Assembly (NCBI RefSeq): GCF_036365525.1
Contig: NC_090375.1
Coordinates: forward strand, 182,373,799 to 182,437,798
DNA: 64,000 bases
Origin: Heterodontus francisci
Lineage: Eukaryota
Direction: 5' to 3'
Shown: in pieces, positions 61,190 to 64,000 of the stretch
How positions within the stretch are numbered: the stretch's first letter is position 1
Layout: each line of letters begins with the position of its first letter
Made by a program: the position numbers and the translations under genes
The notes under the pieces: generated by a model
What the model was told of the DNA's origin: nothing
Databases searched by the model: none
What the model saw: the letters and a program-made list of their open reading frames with translations, nothing else

Positions 61190-63580
61190 TTGAATCTTTC
61201 AGGAGTCTTCACAACTCTTCCTGATCATGGTGTTGTCAGATGTGAAAGATTGCAGGTCTTTCTTTGAACTCTTGTTTCTTGACTTGCACGGCCTTCATTG
61301 AGGTTCGTAGTATCTGGTGCTTTCTAAATTTCAGGTTCGACATCTGGTTCATCCAAATGTATGACTGATTGATGTCTTTGATGAATAGAAATAAGATTTT
61401 TCCTGTTCTTATTTAATACAAACTTCAGAAGGTACTATAAGATCACTGTTGATTTTCATCTCTCTGCTTCGGTCTCATACCCATACCTTTTATCCTTCTG
61501 TTAACTTCGATAGGTTCCTGGTATCGTATTTCTTCCTGTAATTATAGGCTTGTTGCTTTCTGTAAGACTTTTCTCTGTCTTTAGACGCTCTGATAATCCT
61601 GGACTTGTAGTCCTGAAAGTAACTTTTTGGGTAGGATTGGAAGTTGTGTTGTAAGATTCCTTCCCATCAAGAATTCTGATGGTGCTAATCTGCATAGCAG
61701 TGGAGTAGTTCTGTAGTAGAGTCGAAGAGACTTAGTAGTTGGCAGGAAAAAAGAGAGGCGCAAGGGGAGAGCCAACTGTCCAACAGCCCCAACAAACAAA
61801 TTTCTCTGCAGCACCTGTGGAAGAGCCTGTTACTCCAGAATTGGCCTTTATAGCCACTCCAGGCGCTGCTTCACAAACCACTGACCACCTCCAGGCGCGT
61901 ATCCATTGTCTCTCGAGATAAGGAGGCCCAAAAGAAAAAGTTCTGTAGTTCAGGAGTGCCGATTGAAAATCTTGATTTTTCTTTAACAGTGCTTTAAGAG
62001 TTCTAACTCTTTTCTCGCTTCTCCGTTAGATTGTGGTTATCTAGGGGAACTTGTTAGATGTACAAATGCACAGTTTTCCACAAATTGTGTCAAGTAGTCG
62101 TTTGCAAGTTGTGGTCCATTATCGGACACTATCTGGTCAGGTTTAGCATGTGTTGCGAAGATTTCTTGTAACAGTCGAAGGACTGCTTCAGTTGTTGTTG
62201 CGTACAAACGTTTGACCTCGATCCACCTTAAAAAGTAGTCACTGACAATCAGGTAGGATTTTGCATTAAATCTGAATAGATCCATCGCCAAATGTTCCCA
62301 CGGTCTAGTTGGGAATTGGTTCCTTCTGATCCTGTCTGTACTCTGCACAGACCTAATTTGAAATCATTTGTTCTATATCTTTCGATATTGCCGGCCACCA
62401 CACAGATGCCTGAGCGTATTTTTTCTAAGATATCTACTCAGAGTGACTCTGGAATCACCAGTCTCTTGTCATATACCAGCAAATCATCCGCTATGGTAAA
62501 GTGTCTTCTGTGTTCGAAGAAGATTTTCATCCTCTTACCACTGGAACTCTGTTGCAGCCAGGTTTGCTTGCAGTATTGGCGGATATAAATCATCTTCTTG
62601 CATCTGCGCATGACGAATTTCTTGGGGTTTCTTTAAGCTTGCCAGCGAGAATATGACTCAATTTCATTAATAAAATTAACATCCTGTTGTGTAGCATGGT
62701 CGACATTAGCTGTGGGCAATGCATCTGCTGTCGGTCTGTTGATTGCCCTGTACGTATACCGTTTCGTACACGAACTTCATTAGCCTCAATTGGAATCTCT
62801 GGATTTGCGGAGGCATTCTAGCAAATTCCTTTTCGTCAAGTAAGGAAACTAGAGGTTTTTGGTCTATCTCTATGACCACCTTTAAGTCAATTATGCAATC
62901 TGAAAATTTCTCACTTGCCCACATGACTGCGAGAGCTTCTTTCTCTATTATGACTTACCTCGTCTCAGTGTCAGACAATGCTCATGACATATAATAAACC
63001 GGTCTTCTACTTCCATCTGGCTGTTCTTGGAAAAGGACTGCCCCTATCCTTGTAGATGAGGCGTCTGCTGCAGTTGCAGTTGGAAGTGAAGGGTTATAAT
63101 GCCTAAGACATCCGGTGAAATCAGCACTTCCTTGATCATTTGAAATGCTTGTTCCTGATGTGCATCACAGCACCATGCTTGAGCTTTCCTTAATAGTTGT
63201 CGCAAAGGCTCAATAACTTGCGCAAGAGTAGGTAAGAATTTTGCCAATTTATTGACCATGCCAAGGAACCGTTGAAGATCGTGGACAGAAATAGGAAGTG
63301 AGAATTCATTAATGGCTCTCGTCTTTTGTGGGTCTGTCATTATGCTGCTGCCACTGACAGTGTGTCCTAAAAAACGAATTGTTGTTTTTGAAAACTCACA
63401 CTTCTCATTGAGTCTTAGGCCTTCATTTTGCGGATGATTCAAAACCGCTCTAACCCTTAGGTCATGTTCTTCAGTGGACTCACCGTGAACTAAGATGTTG
63501 TCCATATGGCAAGATGTTGTCTTCAAGGCCCGGTAGAATATTCAACATAGTTCTTTGAAATATTTCTGGTGCTGATTTGA
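61190..63580 (-). mobile_element. Gypsy/Ty3 LTR retrotransposon pol remnant (RT, RNase H, integrase)
   Basis: SAPEIFQRTM, HMDNILVHG, LQRFLGMVN, EIDQKPLVSL, RPWEHLAMDLF..YLIVSDYF, IVSDNGPQ, TSSPR and LNYRTTP, in RT-RH-IN order. Confidence 0.9.
61718..61938 (+). mobile_element. 5'-truncated RTE 3' end inserted in the Gypsy integrase
   Basis: Matches the RTE tail at 5045-5260 in reverse. TSD AGTTCTGTAGT at 61707-61717 and 61939-61949. Confidence 0.85.
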
Positions 63581-63584
63581 TACT

Positions 63585-64000
63585 GAATAAACATAGGAAC
63601 AGCAGTAGGCCATTCAGCCCATCGAGCCTGCCCTGCCATTCAATACGGTCATGGATGATCTTCCACTTCAATGCCTTTTTCCCCACACTATCATCATATC
63701 TCCTTATGTCTTTGGTATTTAGAAATCTGTCAATCTCTGCTTTAAACATACTCAATGACTGAGCTTCCACAGCCCTCTGAGGTAGAGAATTCCCAAGAGT
63801 CTCAGCCCTCTGAGTAAAGAAATTTCTCCTCATCTCTGTCCTCAGAGGCTTCCCCCTTATTTTGAAAGCGTGTCCCCTGGTTCTAGACTCCCCAACCAGA
63901 GGAAACATCTTAGCTACATCTACCCTGTCTATCCCTTTAAGTATTTTATAGGTTTCAATGAGATCACCTCTCATCCTTTGAAACTCTAGAGAATACAGGC
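63585..64000 (-). mobile_element. CR1 3' end inserted in the Gypsy RT, continuing past the window
   Basis: RGDLIETYKILKGIDRVD..MFPLVGESRTRGH and RRNFFTQR. Confidence 0.9.

Overview
Repeat-rich vertebrate genomic DNA, most likely from a shark or ray (HE1/V-SINE-type SINEs, Deu-domain SINEs, abundant CR1 and RTE LINEs). The whole window appears to lie inside a + strand MTSS1 (MIM, I-BAR/IMD) gene. Three constitutive coding exons are clear: 34296-34380, 35013-35104 and 41026-41100. A 12-nt microexon at 59340-59351 (ADVF) corresponds to the known 4-aa IMD insert. The best new candidate is a chain of four further short exons (20, 15, 45 and 31 nt at 47955, 50378, 51140 and 57282). They have compatible phases and, with the 12-nt exon, would add 41 aa in frame at the membrane-binding tip of the I-BAR domain. 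A candidate alternative start exon (ATG GCA G|gtaag, 13429) joins exon 4 in frame. The rest is layered transposon sequence: a decayed two-gene Harbinger element and related MITEs, a four-layer nest ending in a 5'-inverted RTE that carries non-RTE promoter-like sequence, a near full-length CR1 with a 66-67 bp monomer array, hAT elements, solo LTRs, a Gypsy pol remnant, a 2-kb minisatellite and an assembly gap. Everything was read by eye without alignments, so repeat boundaries are approximate unless a TSD or TIR is quoted.
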